Source: Actinomycetota bacterium (lineage in GTDB: Bacteria; Actinomycetota; Aquicultoria; SKW223). From it: 64,000 nucleotides of DNA. The stretch spans positions 4,779-68,778 of the forward strand of contig JAOADC010000001.1 of NCBI GenBank assembly GCA_026417515.1. Reading direction: 5' to 3'. How positions within the stretch are numbered: the stretch's first letter is position 1; the number at the start of each line of letters is the position of its first letter. The notes under the pieces are model-generated. The model did not search any database. It saw only the letters and a program-made list of their open reading frames with translations, and had not been told where the DNA came from. The translations under genes were made by a program, and so were the position numbers. Of this stretch, positions 54,995-64,000 are shown in pieces.

Positions 54995-57646
54995 TTACTT
55001 CTTTGAACTTCTTTTCTTTCTCCCCTCTTTCCCCTTTTTGCTGAATTTGAACCTGCCATTTTCATATGTAACTATTATCGTATCACCTTCTTCAAACTCC
55101 TTGCCGAGAAGCATCTTAGAAATTTCATTTTCGATTCTTCTCTGAATCACCCTTCTTAATGGTCTTGCACCATATTGTGGATCATATCCTTCATCAACCA
55201 GAGCTTGCTTGGCTTCTTCGCTAACCTCCAATTCTATGCCCTGTCCACGGAGTTTTCTTCTTACTTTCTCAAGAAGCAGATCGACTATTTCTTTGAGATT
55301 TTCCTGAGTCAGCGAGTGGAAAACAACTATCTCGTCTATTCTATTCAAGAGTTCAGGCTTGAAGTAACTTTTAACGGTGTTCAGCACTTGCTCCTTCATC
55401 CTATCGTAAGCAGATGGGTCTTTGTTCTCAATTTTTGCATACTCTTGGATAAACTGACTACCTATGTTCGATGTCATAATAACAATAGTATTCTTGAAAT
55501 CAACAGTCCTTCCTTGGGCATCTGTCAGTCTTCCGTCGTCGAGAATTTGAAGCAACACATTGAAAACATCTGGATGTGCTTTCTCAATCTCGTCCAAAAG
55601 TATAACTGAGTAAGGACGCCTTCTTACAGCTTCAGTAAGTTGACCACCTTCTTCATAGCCAACATAGCCTGGTGGCGAACCGATCATTCGAGATACAGCG
55701 TGTTTCTCCATATATTCACTCATATCAAGCCTTATCAATGCGTCTTCGTCCCCAAAGAGAAACTCTGCAAGCGCTCTCGCAAGTTCGGTCTTTCCAACGC
55801 CTGTCGGACCAAGAAAGAGGAAGGAACCTATAGGCCTGTTAGGATCTTTTAATCCTGCCATAGCCCTTCTTACAGCCTCAGAAACGGCTCTTATTGCTTC
55901 TTCTTGACCAACCACACGATTATGTAAAGCTTCTTCCATCTTCAGGTACTTCTGAATTTCCTCTTGAACAAGCTTCTTAACCGGAATTCCCGTTGCTTCT
56001 GACACGACTTCAGCGATGTCGTTAGAAGTGACAACACCAAAACTGCTTCCCTGACTATCTATCCATTCTTCTTTCAATTTCTCAAGTGTTTCGCGTTTCT
56101 TCTTTATCTCGTCTCTTAACTCAGCGGCCTTTTCAAACTCCTGTGCTCTGACGGCAGCGTCCTTTTCTTCTTCCAAGCGTCTAATCTCGTCTTCAAGTTC
56201 CTTAAGATTTCGAGGCTGGGCCATAGTTCTTAAACGAACCTTTGAACAAGCTTCATCAAGAAGATCAATCGCCTTATCAGGAAGATACCTGTCCTGTATA
56301 TATCTATCTGACAAGTAAACAGCGCTGGCTATCGCTTCATCTGTTATCTTTACCCTATGATGCGCCTCAAACCTATCCCTTAATCCTCTCAAAATCTGTA
56401 TTGCTTCTTCCTGTGTCGGTTCTGAAATAATTACTGGTTGAAAACGTCTCTCCAGTGCAGGATCTTTCTCTATGTACTTCTTGTATTCTTTGAGAGTTGT
56501 CGCACCTATCACATGAAGATCTCCCCTAGCCAGATATGGCTTCAACATATTTCCAGCATCGATGGCACCCTCGGCTGCACCTGCACCGACAAGGGTATGA
56601 AGTTCATCTATGAAAAGCACTATCTTGTCAGAGTTCTCTACTATTTCGTCAATTATTTTCTTCATTCTTTCTTCAAACTCACCACGATATTTTGTTCCCG
56701 CAAGAACTGCAGCAAGATCAAGCTGGACGAGTCTTTTATTTAACAGTATTTCAGGCACCTTTCCTTCAACTATCCTCTGGGCTATTCCTTCAACAATGGC
56801 AGTTTTACCAACTCCAGGTTCACCTATTAGAACTGGGTTGTTCTTTGTTCTTCTTGAAAGTATTCTGATTACCCTATCTATCTCTAATTCTCTTCCAATC
56901 ACAGGATCGAGTTTTCCTTCTCGAGCGAGACTTGTTAAGTCTCTTGAAAATTGATCAAGAGTTGGTGTGTTAGTGGCTAATTTTATTGAATCAGCTTTCT
57001 TCCCTGATATTTTAAATAGGAGTTCCTCAACTGCTTGAAGCGTAATTCCAGATTCATTAAGAACTCTTGCTGCCAAGCTTTCGCCTTCAGCAAGGATACC
57101 TATAAGTATGTGCTCAGGAGAGATGAGTTCGCTACCCATAGAATGGCTAACTTCAAATGCTATTTCCAGTGCTTTCTTTGCTCTTGGAGTTAGTGTAACC
57201 TCTCTGATGCTCTCGGCATCGCCTGGCTTCATCTTGTTTAAGACTTTCTGTTCTATCTCCTCAGGTATCCTACCAAGTTCTTTTACTATTTCACTTGCCA
57301 GATTCTGGTTTCTCATTAGTCCGACCAGTAGATGTTCGGTGCTTAGATAATCATGCTTAAGTTCAACGCATGATTCCTTCGCAGATTCTAGAGCTTTATT
57401 TGCAGCATCTGATAAGTAATTCAAAATGTTGGTCGACTTCGAATACTCTCGTGGCTGAGAGCCAAGAAATCCTCTGAAGAAAGAATCCAGATCCTTAAAA
57501 CCAAAATCACCAAAGAAATTATCAATTGTTATGCCTGCTTCTCTTGCACAAACTTCACACAAATGACGGACTTCTTGCCTTCCATTTATTATTCTTGTAT
57601 GGGTTACGTTTGCTTCTCGGATTTTACATATATCACAAAGTGACAT
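54995..57646 (-). CDS. clpC: ATP-dependent Clp protease ATP-binding subunit ClpC with an N-terminal McsA-like C4 zinc finger
   Basis: 883 aa. Two Clp_N repeats; AAA+ D1 (GEPGVGKT) and D2 (GPTGVGKT); UVR motif QEFEKAAELRDE. The extra N-terminal ~38 aa are CDICKIREANVTHTRIINGRQEVRHLCEVCARE. Confidence 0.9.
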   Translation of the reverse strand: MSLCDICKIREANVTHTRIINGRQEVRHLCEVCAREAGITIDNFFGDFGFKDLDSFFRGFLGSQPREYSKSTNILNYLSDAANKALESAKESCVELKHDYLSTEHLLVGLMRNQNLASEIVKELGRIPEEIEQKVLNKMKPGDAESIREVTLTPRAKKALEIAFEVSHSMGSELISPEHILIGILAEGESLAARVLNESGITLQAVEELLFKISGKKADSIKLATNTPTLDQFSRDLTSLAREGKLDPVIGRELEIDRVIRILSRRTKNNPVLIGEPGVGKTAIVEGIAQRIVEGKVPEILLNKRLVQLDLAAVLAGTKYRGEFEERMKKIIDEIVENSDKIVLFIDELHTLVGAGAAEGAIDAGNMLKPYLARGDLHVIGATTLKEYKKYIEKDPALERRFQPVIISEPTQEEAIQILRGLRDRFEAHHRVKITDEAIASAVYLSDRYIQDRYLPDKAIDLLDEACSKVRLRTMAQPRNLKELEDEIRRLEEEKDAAVRAQEFEKAAELRDEIKKKRETLEKLKEEWIDSQGSSFGVVTSNDIAEVVSEATGIPVKKLVQEEIQKYLKMEEALHNRVVGQEEAIRAVSEAVRRAMAGLKDPNRPIGSFLFLGPTGVGKTELARALAEFLFGDEDALIRLDMSEYMEKHAVSRMIGSPPGYVGYEEGGQLTEAVRRRPYSVILLDEIEKAHPDVFNVLLQILDDGRLTDAQGRTVDFKNTIVIMTSNIGSQFIQEYAKIENKDPSAYDRMKEQVLNTVKSYFKPELLNRIDEIVVFHSLTQENLKEIVDLLLEKVRRKLRGQGIELEVSEEAKQALVDEGYDPQYGARPLRRVIQRRIENEISKMLLGKEFEEGDTIIVTYENGRFKFSKKGKEGRKKRSSKK

Positions 57647-57735
57647 TTAGCCACACCTCCTTAAGAATATATTTCCATATTTGTTTAAATATTTTATCAT
57701 TGGTAATCATAATCTTCAAACTTTTTAATAACATA

Positions 57736-58086
57736 TTACCCTGAGAATCGATCGAGGTAGTTTTTATAATCACTGTTCGTTGGATTTAGCGCGAGGGCTA
57801 TACGCAAATTTTCAACCCCCTCTTCTCTCCTACCTAGCTTGATCAAGCATAAACCTGCAGCAAAGTAAGCATAATCCTGATCAGGCTTATTAAATATGAT
57901 AAATTCGAATTCCTGTAGCGCTTTCTTATATTTTCTCAATGAATAGTAAGCGCGACCTAATAGTTCTCTTACTGAAATTTTTGAAGGCTCTTTCCTTTTG
58001 ACCTTTCGCAGGTAATAAACAGCAAGCTCATAGTCCCCTCGAATAAACGCCTTTTTTCCTTCTAAAAATTCTTCGTAAATATCCAT
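57736..58086 (-). CDS. TPR-repeat protein
   Basis: 116 aa with 2-3 TPR-like helical repeats (AVYYLRKV..., AYYSLRKYKKALQEF..., AAGLCLIKLGRREEGVENLRIALALNP). Confidence 0.55.
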   Translation of the reverse strand: MDIYEEFLEGKKAFIRGDYELAVYYLRKVKRKEPSKISVRELLGRAYYSLRKYKKALQEFEFIIFNKPDQDYAYFAAGLCLIKLGRREEGVENLRIALALNPTNSDYKNYLDRFSG

Positions 58087-58132
58087 CTCTTTCTATTATC
58101 ATACTTATTGAGGAACAATTGAATGGAAGGAG

Positions 58133-59428
58133 TTGTTTTTCTTGGCAATCGTAAAACCTTTTAAAGGTTTGATTTACAACCAGGATAAGATAGAAGAAAT
58201 TGGCAACGTTACCTGCCCACCTTACGATGTAATTTCAAAAGAGGAACAAGAAGCCTATTACAATCTTTCTCCATACAACATTATTAGGGTCGAACTTGGG
58301 AAGGTCTTTGATGATGATGATGAAAAAAACAATGTTTATACACGTGCGCGAAACTACTTAGAAACCTGGATTTCTGAAGGAGTATTGGTTTTTGATGAAA
58401 GTCCATATTACTACCTTTACACACAGGAGTATCACCATGAAGGAAAATCCTACCTAAGACCTGGCATAGTCGCAGCCGTTAAAATTGAAGATTACGAGGC
58501 AAAAACGATACTTCCTCATGAAAAGACGTTACCAAAAGCGAAGGAAGATAGATTAAATCTCCTAAGAGAAACACACACAAATGTAAGCCAAATTTTTGGC
58601 TTCTTCAGCGATTCAACGAGAAAAGCAAGGCTTGTCATAAATGAAGTTTTAAGAAACGAAAAACCCCTTTTCAACTTCACAGATAAAGACAGCGTGCTTC
58701 ACAGCTTATATCGTATACCTGAAGAATTGGAAACAGATATTTTTGAGGCACTGTATGAAGCTCAGATATTCATTGCTGATGGTCATCATCGTTACGAAAC
58801 TGCGCTAAAATTTCGCGATGAAATGAGAAGAAAGTATGGAGAAATTGAAGATGCCTGGTACGAATATGTTTTGATGACTATTGTTCCTGTTGAATCCAAT
58901 ATGCTCATCCTTCCAATACATCGCATACTTAATCTGGAAAGCAACATCAATGAAAAGGAAATGGTCGAAAAGCTAGGCGCCCTCTTTGAAGTTATACCTC
59001 TTCCAGGCTCAGAACATCTTAAGCAGGAAATTACGAATTCGAAAGACATTGGAGTATTTGGTCTTGTAACAAGTTCTAATATTTTTCTCTTAAAAGTAAA
59101 ACCTGAATCATTGAATTTGATGAATCCTGAAACACCTCGTGTATTGCGTCATCTGGATGCAAACATATTAAACGAACTGGTTTTTGAAAAGATTTTTCTA
59201 ATTGATCAAACAAATATCGAAAAGAATATTAAGTTCACAAGCAATTTTCGTGAAGCAATAGAAGAACCTAAAAAGTATCACAATAAGATTGGTTTTGTAT
59301 TGAGACCGGTTCCAATAGAGACCATTAGAGAGGTTTCCTTGCAAGGTCTTACAATGCCACAGAAAACAACCTACTTTTATCCAAAGCTTTGGACAGGTTT
59401 GGTAATGAGATGCAATCTTAGAGTTTAG
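58133..59428 (+). CDS. DUF1015 family protein
   Basis: N-terminal PFKGLIYN...[10 protein letters not shown] and internal [12 protein letters not shown] motifs characteristic of DUF1015; 431 aa. Confidence 0.65.
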   Translation: MFFLAIVKPFKGLIYNQDKIEEIGNVTCPPYDVISKEEQEAYYNLSPYNIIRVELGKVFDDDDEKNNVYTRARNYLETWISEGVLVFDESPYYYLYTQEYHHEGKSYLRPGIVAAVKIEDYEAKTILPHEKTLPKAKEDRLNLLRETHTNVSQIFGFFSDSTRKARLVINEVLRNEKPLFNFTDKDSVLHSLYRIPEELETDIFEALYEAQIFIADGHHRYETALKFRDEMRRKYGEIEDAWYEYVLMTIVPVESNMLILPIHRILNLESNINEKEMVEKLGALFEVIPLPGSEHLKQEITNSKDIGVFGLVTSSNIFLLKVKPESLNLMNPETPRVLRHLDANILNELVFEKIFLIDQTNIEKNIKFTSNFREAIEEPKKYHNKIGFVLRPVPIETIREVSLQGLTMPQKTTYFYPKLWTGLVMRCNLRV

Positions 59429-60573
59429 ATTTTCTTAAATGCATTCTTAAACCAGGTCTTCTTTGATTTTAACGAAGAATCTCCTTCAAGGGCAGACGAG
59501 ATTTTTTCAACTGCTTCTCTAATTTCAGGAGTAATTTTTTCAGGCACTGAGATTCCGATCTCGACCAATAAATCCCCTCTTTCTCTGCCTCCTAATCTCT
59601 TAGGAAATCCTTTACCTTCAATGCGAATAATTGAGCCGGAAGGCGATAATGGTGGAATTTTGAACTCAATAGTTTCCCTAAATAACTTTACCGAAACTAC
59701 GCCACCAAGCACTGCTACCGGATAAGAAACCCACTTTCGAATATAAATGTCAGCGCCTCGTCTTTCCAAACCCTTTTCTGGCTTTACATTTATCTCAACG
59801 TAAAGATCTCCAGGTTGCCCACCATTTACTCCTGCTTCCCCTTCTTTTTCCACTCTCATCATAGCGCCGCTTTCAACGCCAGCAGGAATTTTTAATTCTA
59901 TTTCCTTTTCCTTATACACAATGCCTTCTCCTGAGCAGGACTTACATTTTCTTAATATATTCTTTCCAGTTCCTCGACATAAAGGACAGGTCATAACTCG
60001 TACAAATCTTGTAAATGCATTACCTGTAACCTCTTGGATTTGGCCGGTGCCCTGGCATTTCTTACAGTTTTCTATGGCATCGGGACCATCAGCACCTGTT
60101 CCATTACAAACAGGACAACTTTCGTATTTACCAACTTTAACTCGTTTGTTTGAACCGTAGTATGCATCTTCCATAGAAATATCAACTTTTAGATATAAAT
60201 CCTTACCCTTCCTTGGCCCTTCCCTCCTTCGTCTGCCGAAGCCGAAAAAGGAATCAAATAGATCTTCAAAACCGAAATCAAATCCTAGGTCACGAAAGAT
60301 ATCAGAAAAATCTACGTTTCTAAAAAGATCTTCATATGAGTAGTGACCATCAATTCCTGCATGGCCAAACATATCATATTGTTTTCTCTTCTCTGGATCT
60401 GAAAGAACAGCATATGCCTCAGATATCTCCTTAAATTTTTCTTCTGCCTCCTTGCTTGGATTTCTGTCTGGATGGTATTTCAGGGCAAGGCGGCGGTAAG
60501 CCTTCTTTATCTCTTCAGGTGTCGCGTCTCGGCTGACACCTAAAATTTCATAGTAATCTTTTTTTACCGCCAC
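59425..60573 (-). CDS. dnaJ: Molecular chaperone DnaJ
   Basis: J-domain (DYYEILGV...HPDRN), G/F region, four CxxCxGxG zinc repeats, C-terminal domains; 382 aa. Confidence 0.95.
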   Translation of the reverse strand: MAVKKDYYEILGVSRDATPEEIKKAYRRLALKYHPDRNPSKEAEEKFKEISEAYAVLSDPEKRKQYDMFGHAGIDGHYSYEDLFRNVDFSDIFRDLGFDFGFEDLFDSFFGFGRRRREGPRKGKDLYLKVDISMEDAYYGSNKRVKVGKYESCPVCNGTGADGPDAIENCKKCQGTGQIQEVTGNAFTRFVRVMTCPLCRGTGKNILRKCKSCSGEGIVYKEKEIELKIPAGVESGAMMRVEKEGEAGVNGGQPGDLYVEINVKPEKGLERRGADIYIRKWVSYPVAVLGGVVSVKLFRETIEFKIPPLSPSGSIIRIEGKGFPKRLGGRERGDLLVEIGISVPEKITPEIREAVEKISSALEGDSSLKSKKTWFKNAFKKI

Positions 60574-60595
60574 CTTGACCTCCTTTTAAGCCTTC

Positions 60596-62398
60596 TTAGT
60601 TATTTGCCTTCTTGGTGTCGTCAGTACCTGCCTCTGATGAGGCTTGCTGCTGAGAAGTCTGCTGAGAAATCTTCGAGTATACTTCAGCGCTTGCTTTCTG
60701 AATCCTTTCAGATAGAGCATTCGTTGCTTCTTTAATGGCCTGAACATCATTGGAACTTAGTTTGCTCTTCAAATCTTCAATTGCTTTTCTTATCTCTTCC
60801 TCTGTTGATTTCTCAATCTTGCCTTCCAGATCTTTAAGAGTTTTTTCAGTTGCATAGATTAATGAATCTGCATTATTGATTGCTTCAACAAGCTCTTTTT
60901 TCTTTCTGTCCTCTTCAGCATGGGCTTCGGCCTCTTTTCTCATCCTTTCAACTTCTTCCTCACTCAATTTGGTCGAACCCGTAATCTTGATACTCTGTTC
61001 CTTACCCGTTGCTAAATCCTTTGCGCTCACAGAAAGAATTCCATTTGCATCAATATCGAAGGTTACTTCAATCTGAGGCACTCCACGAGGCGCAGGGGGT
61101 ATGCCATCTAAAATAAACCTTCCAAGGCTCTTATTGTCAGCAGCCATTGGTCTTTCTCCTTGAAGAATATGAATTTCTACAGCAGTTTGGTTATCTGCAG
61201 CAGTAGTAAAGATCTGGCTCTTGCGAGTTGGAATGGTGGTGTTTCTTGGAATAAGAGGTGTCATTACACCACCCAAGGTTTCTATACCCAATGTAAGCGG
61301 TGTAACATCCAAGAGAACGATGTCTTTAATCTCTCCTGCCAGTACACCCCCCTGGATGGCAGCGCCCCTTGCTACAGCCTCCATTGGATCAACTCCACGT
61401 TCCGGTTTCTTTCCAAAAAACTCTTCGACTTTTTTCTGTATCAGTGGTGTTCTAGTCGTCGCTCCAACCAGAACGATGTTATCGATATCAGTCGGCTTTA
61501 ATTTTGCATCCTTCAAAGCCTGCTCCATTAAAGGAATGGTCTTATCAATGATAGGTTCAATCAATTCCTCGAGTTTTGCTCTGGTAAGATTTAGACTGAT
61601 ATGAACAGGCACACCGTCTTTTTGCGATATGAAAGGAAGGTTTATTGTTGTACTCAGAGTGGATGAAAGTTCTATTCTTGCCTGTTCTGCAGCTTCCCAT
61701 ATTCTCTGAAGGGCGTGTGGGTCGTTTGAGATATCAAATCCATGCTCCTTCCTGAATTCGCTTAAAATCCAATCTACAACAGCCTTATCCAAATCTTTTC
61801 CGCCAAGCTGAGTATCTCCATTGGTCGATAAAACCTCGAAAACTCCGTCACCAACCTCCATTATGGTAATATCGAACGTTCCGCCACCGAAATCATAAAC
61901 TGCCAGTTTTCGTTCGCCACTCTTCTCAAGTCCGTACGCAAGTGCAGCAGCAGTTGGCTCGTTGATTATTCTTAATACCTCAAGCCCAGCAATCTTACCT
62001 GCATCCTTTGTTGCCTGCCTCTGATTGTCATCAAAATAGGCAGGAACTGTAATTACCGCCTGCTTTATTTCCTCACCAAGGAATGCTTCTGCATCCCTTT
62101 TAATCTTTTGCAGGATGAAGGCAGAGATTTGTTCAGGAGAGTATTCCTTACCGTCAATATTTACACGGTAGGACGTTCCCATATGCCTTTTTATAGCAAT
62201 TATCGTTCTTTCAGGGTTTAAAACTGCCTGACGCTTGGCTGGCTCGCCAACCAGAAGTTCGCCATCCTTGGTAAAAGCAACTATTGAAGGGAAATACAGA
62301 TGACCTTCCGCGCTTGGAATCATTGTTACTTTCCCGTTTTCCCAAACCGCAGCTTCACTGTTTACTGTTCCAAGGTCGATTCCTAAAATTTTTCCCAT
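60596..62398 (-). CDS. dnaK: Molecular chaperone DnaK (Hsp70)
   Basis: GIDLGT N-terminus, Hsp70 signatures ([18 protein letters not shown]), 600 aa. Confidence 0.97.
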   Translation of the reverse strand: MGKILGIDLGTVNSEAAVWENGKVTMIPSAEGHLYFPSIVAFTKDGELLVGEPAKRQAVLNPERTIIAIKRHMGTSYRVNIDGKEYSPEQISAFILQKIKRDAEAFLGEEIKQAVITVPAYFDDNQRQATKDAGKIAGLEVLRIINEPTAAALAYGLEKSGERKLAVYDFGGGTFDITIMEVGDGVFEVLSTNGDTQLGGKDLDKAVVDWILSEFRKEHGFDISNDPHALQRIWEAAEQARIELSSTLSTTINLPFISQKDGVPVHISLNLTRAKLEELIEPIIDKTIPLMEQALKDAKLKPTDIDNIVLVGATTRTPLIQKKVEEFFGKKPERGVDPMEAVARGAAIQGGVLAGEIKDIVLLDVTPLTLGIETLGGVMTPLIPRNTTIPTRKSQIFTTAADNQTAVEIHILQGERPMAADNKSLGRFILDGIPPAPRGVPQIEVTFDIDANGILSVSAKDLATGKEQSIKITGSTKLSEEEVERMRKEAEAHAEEDRKKKELVEAINNADSLIYATEKTLKDLEGKIEKSTEEEIRKAIEDLKSKLSSNDVQAIKEATNALSERIQKASAEVYSKISQQTSQQQASSEAGTDDTKKANN

Positions 62399-62419
62399 AT
62401 TTTAGTTGCACCTCCTTTT

Positions 62420-62926
62420 TTATTGTTCTTGTTTTTTTGAAACCACTACCAGCGCTGGTCTTAAAACTTCACCATCAAAAACAATACAACGCTTTAACAC
62501 ATCAACAACTGTTCCCTCTTCATCTTCAGTTTCTCTTGTAGAGACTGCATGATGAAATCTATAGTCAAATTTCTCGCCTTTAGGATCCCTTATTTCGATG
62601 CCTAAACTGCATAATTTCTTTTCCAGTTCCTCTTTTATCATTCTGAAACCTTTTGCTGCATTTTCATCTGAACTCTTTGTTGCGCTTTCAAGTGCAGTAA
62701 ATGAAAGATCGATAAGTTCGGCAATTTCTAAGATCACTTTTCTTCGTTCGTTTTTTCTTGATTCTTCAATCTCCTTTTCGTATCTCTTGTGCAAATTCTG
62801 GATTTCTGCAAGAAGTCTGAGCTTCTCTTCCCTCAAAATTTTTAATTCAGATTGAACTTCCTCAAGTTTTTTATTCAAATTATCCAATTCTTTTTCAAGC
62901 TCCTTCTTTGTTGGCTTCTTCGACAC
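62420..62926 (-). CDS. grpE: Nucleotide exchange factor GrpE (GTG start)
   Basis: 168 aa; coiled-coil N-terminus and GrpE C-terminal beta domain; upstream of dnaK; AGGTG RBS 9 nt before the GTG. Confidence 0.9.
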   Translation of the reverse strand: MSKKPTKKELEKELDNLNKKLEEVQSELKILREEKLRLLAEIQNLHKRYEKEIEESRKNERRKVILEIAELIDLSFTALESATKSSDENAAKGFRMIKEELEKKLCSLGIEIRDPKGEKFDYRFHHAVSTRETEDEEGTVVDVLKRCIVFDGEVLRPALVVVSKKQEQ

Positions 62927-62958
62927 CTTACAACACCTCGAATGGATTATTAATTATT

Positions 62959-62985
62959 TTAGCAATCATTTAATTAGATTGCTAA
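62959..62985. promoter_or_regulatory. CIRCE-like HrcA operator (TTAGCAATC-N9-GATTGCTAA) about 33 nt upstream of grpE
   Basis: Read directly from the sequence. It matches the CIRCE consensus TTAGCACTC-N9-GAGTGCTAA with one symmetric (compensatory) change per arm and an exact 9-nt spacer. Confidence 0.6.
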
Positions 62986-64000
62986 TTTATTTTTCCGAAA
63001 ATGGTAGATAAATGAAGCAAGCCCGAACAAAATAAAGACAGTTGCTGTTCCATAAAATACGCTTCTTATATTGTAATTTGCCAGAAATCCACCGACTGTT
63101 GGACCAAATACAGAAAGCGATGTTCTAAGGAAATGAAGATTAGCATAAGCAATATGAGGTGGCAGGTTTCCAGTGTTACGAGAAGCTGCTATTGTGCTTA
63201 AGGTATAGATCTGTTTAAAAATGCCGATTCCTGCAAGAGCTATCAGGACATAGGAAAACTCTCTTGCAAAGCCGAATAGAATAAGGAAAGTGCCATATCC
63301 GATCAAAGAAGTTCCCAGGGCAAAGGAACTGCCCTTTTTATCAGCAAGCATTCCTATGTACGGAGAAGTGAAGAAGTTAATAGAAAAGACAAGGGAAACA
63401 AGCAGTCCGATAGATTGATAATTTATTCTGTGAATTTCATTTAGATAAATTGAAACAAAAGGATCGTACGCAGTTTCAAACAAAATGAGTACCATAAAAA
63501 CAAAAAGAATTCTTGCAAAACTCCTCTCCTTAAAAATCTTTTTAAAAGATTCGATAACCCCGATTCTTTCCTGTTCTAATCTATGCGGGGTTAGGTAGTA
63601 ACAAACCAAAGAAGAAAGAGTTAGCATAACAAAAGAAAACAAAAAAGGTGCTCGAATACCATAGTTTCTTGCTAAAAAGCCACCGATAGTCGGTGCAATC
63701 GCAGCACCTGCAGAAAAAGCTGAACTGAATAAACCGAAGTTGTAACCTATTTCAGACTTTTTTGAACGTAAATAAATGATTAAAGAATAAGCAGGCGCAG
63801 ATGCATATGATATTCCATCCAAAAGACCCGCTATTATTCCAAGTTTCCAGCTGTTTGCGTAGTAAAAAATCAGGGCAAAGGGGGCTATGATTATTGTTGT
63901 AAAAATCGTATATTTTCTTATTTCAAACCTCGAAAGTAAAAGTCCACCTATAAGTGCTGAGATAGCTGCTGAACCTGTAATTGTTGAATATACCAATCCT
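62974..64000 (-). CDS. MFS transporter (N-terminus beyond the window end)
   Basis: 12-TM-like hydrophobic profile with MFS signature-like loops; the ORF remains open to the window edge. Confidence 0.65.
   Translation of the reverse strand, partial: GLVYSTITGSAAISALIGGLLLSRFEIRKYTIFTTIIIAPFALIFYYANSWKLGIIAGLLDGISYASAPAYSLIIYLRSKKSEIGYNFGLFSSAFSAGAAIAPTIGGFLARNYGIRAPFLFSFVMLTLSSLVCYYLTPHRLEQERIGVIESFKKIFKERSFARILFVFMVLILFETAYDPFVSIYLNEIHRINYQSIGLLVSLVFSINFFTSPYIGMLADKKGSSFALGTSLIGYGTFLILFGFAREFSYVLIALAGIGIFKQIYTLSTIAASRNTGNLPPHIAYANLHFLRTSLSVFGPTVGGFLANYNIRSVFYGTATVFILFGLASFIYHFRKNKLAI

Noticed and set aside
55175-56954. Several 60-144 aa plus-strand ORFs inside clpC
   Set aside because: All are antisense to the ClpC coding sequence, which shows full-length AAA+ homology. 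Their composition is leucine/serine-rich shadow-frame artefact.
57647-57735. Looked for CtsR heptad direct repeats (GGTCAAA-N3-GGTCAAA) upstream of clpC
   Set aside because: No TTTGACC/GGTCAAA copies are present in the upstream region.
61160-61604. 113-127 aa plus-strand ORFs inside dnaK
   Set aside because: Antisense to dnaK. Shadow ORFs.
1-64000. CRISPR arrays, tRNA/rRNA genes, transposases/integrases, prophage or defence-island signatures
   Set aside because: No spaced direct repeats, no cloverleaf-like segments in the few gaps, and no recombinase/transposase-like ORFs. The window looks like core chromosome.

Overview
This is a compact, gene-dense, AT-rich bacterial chromosomal segment of about 65 protein-coding genes, with many start/stop overlaps and very short intergenic gaps. 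I found no rRNA, tRNA, CRISPR array, transposase or integrase. Gene order is Firmicutes/Clostridia-like: yqeG-aroE; alaS-ruvX-mltG; queA-tgt ... secDF ... relA-dtd-hisS-aspS; and grpE-dnaK-dnaJ preceded by a CIRCE operator. Clearly recognisable content includes a queuosine set (queA, tgt, queH) and a nearly complete futalosine-route menaquinone cluster (mqnA, two MqnC/MqnE radical-SAM genes, mqnD) adjacent to ubiD-like/ubiA-like/ubiX late-step genes. There is also a GAF-GGDEF diguanylate cyclase with a pseudo-receiver partner, an OmpR-type two-component system, a MacAB-like efflux ABC system, htpX-lemA, mutM, a rhomboid protease and an EF-G2 paralog. The most unusual region is at 1-4942: an MglA-like small GTPase, a DUF4388 (PATAN-like) protein and a Roadblock/LC7 (MglB-like) protein sit between a PilB-type ATPase and the N-terminus of a second GspE-family protein, both with MshEN-like N-domains. 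Other points worth a second look are an EF-G2 paralog whose catalytic switch-II His is replaced by Tyr, a ClpC with a fused McsA-like zinc finger, a Cys/Gly-rich membrane-anchored protein with a perfect 12-bp hairpin upstream of a two-component system, and a CcsA-like protein with a variant WWD motif next to a thioredoxin-fold lipoprotein lacking CxxC. All functional calls come from reading the motifs by eye, with no database search, so treat them as hypotheses.
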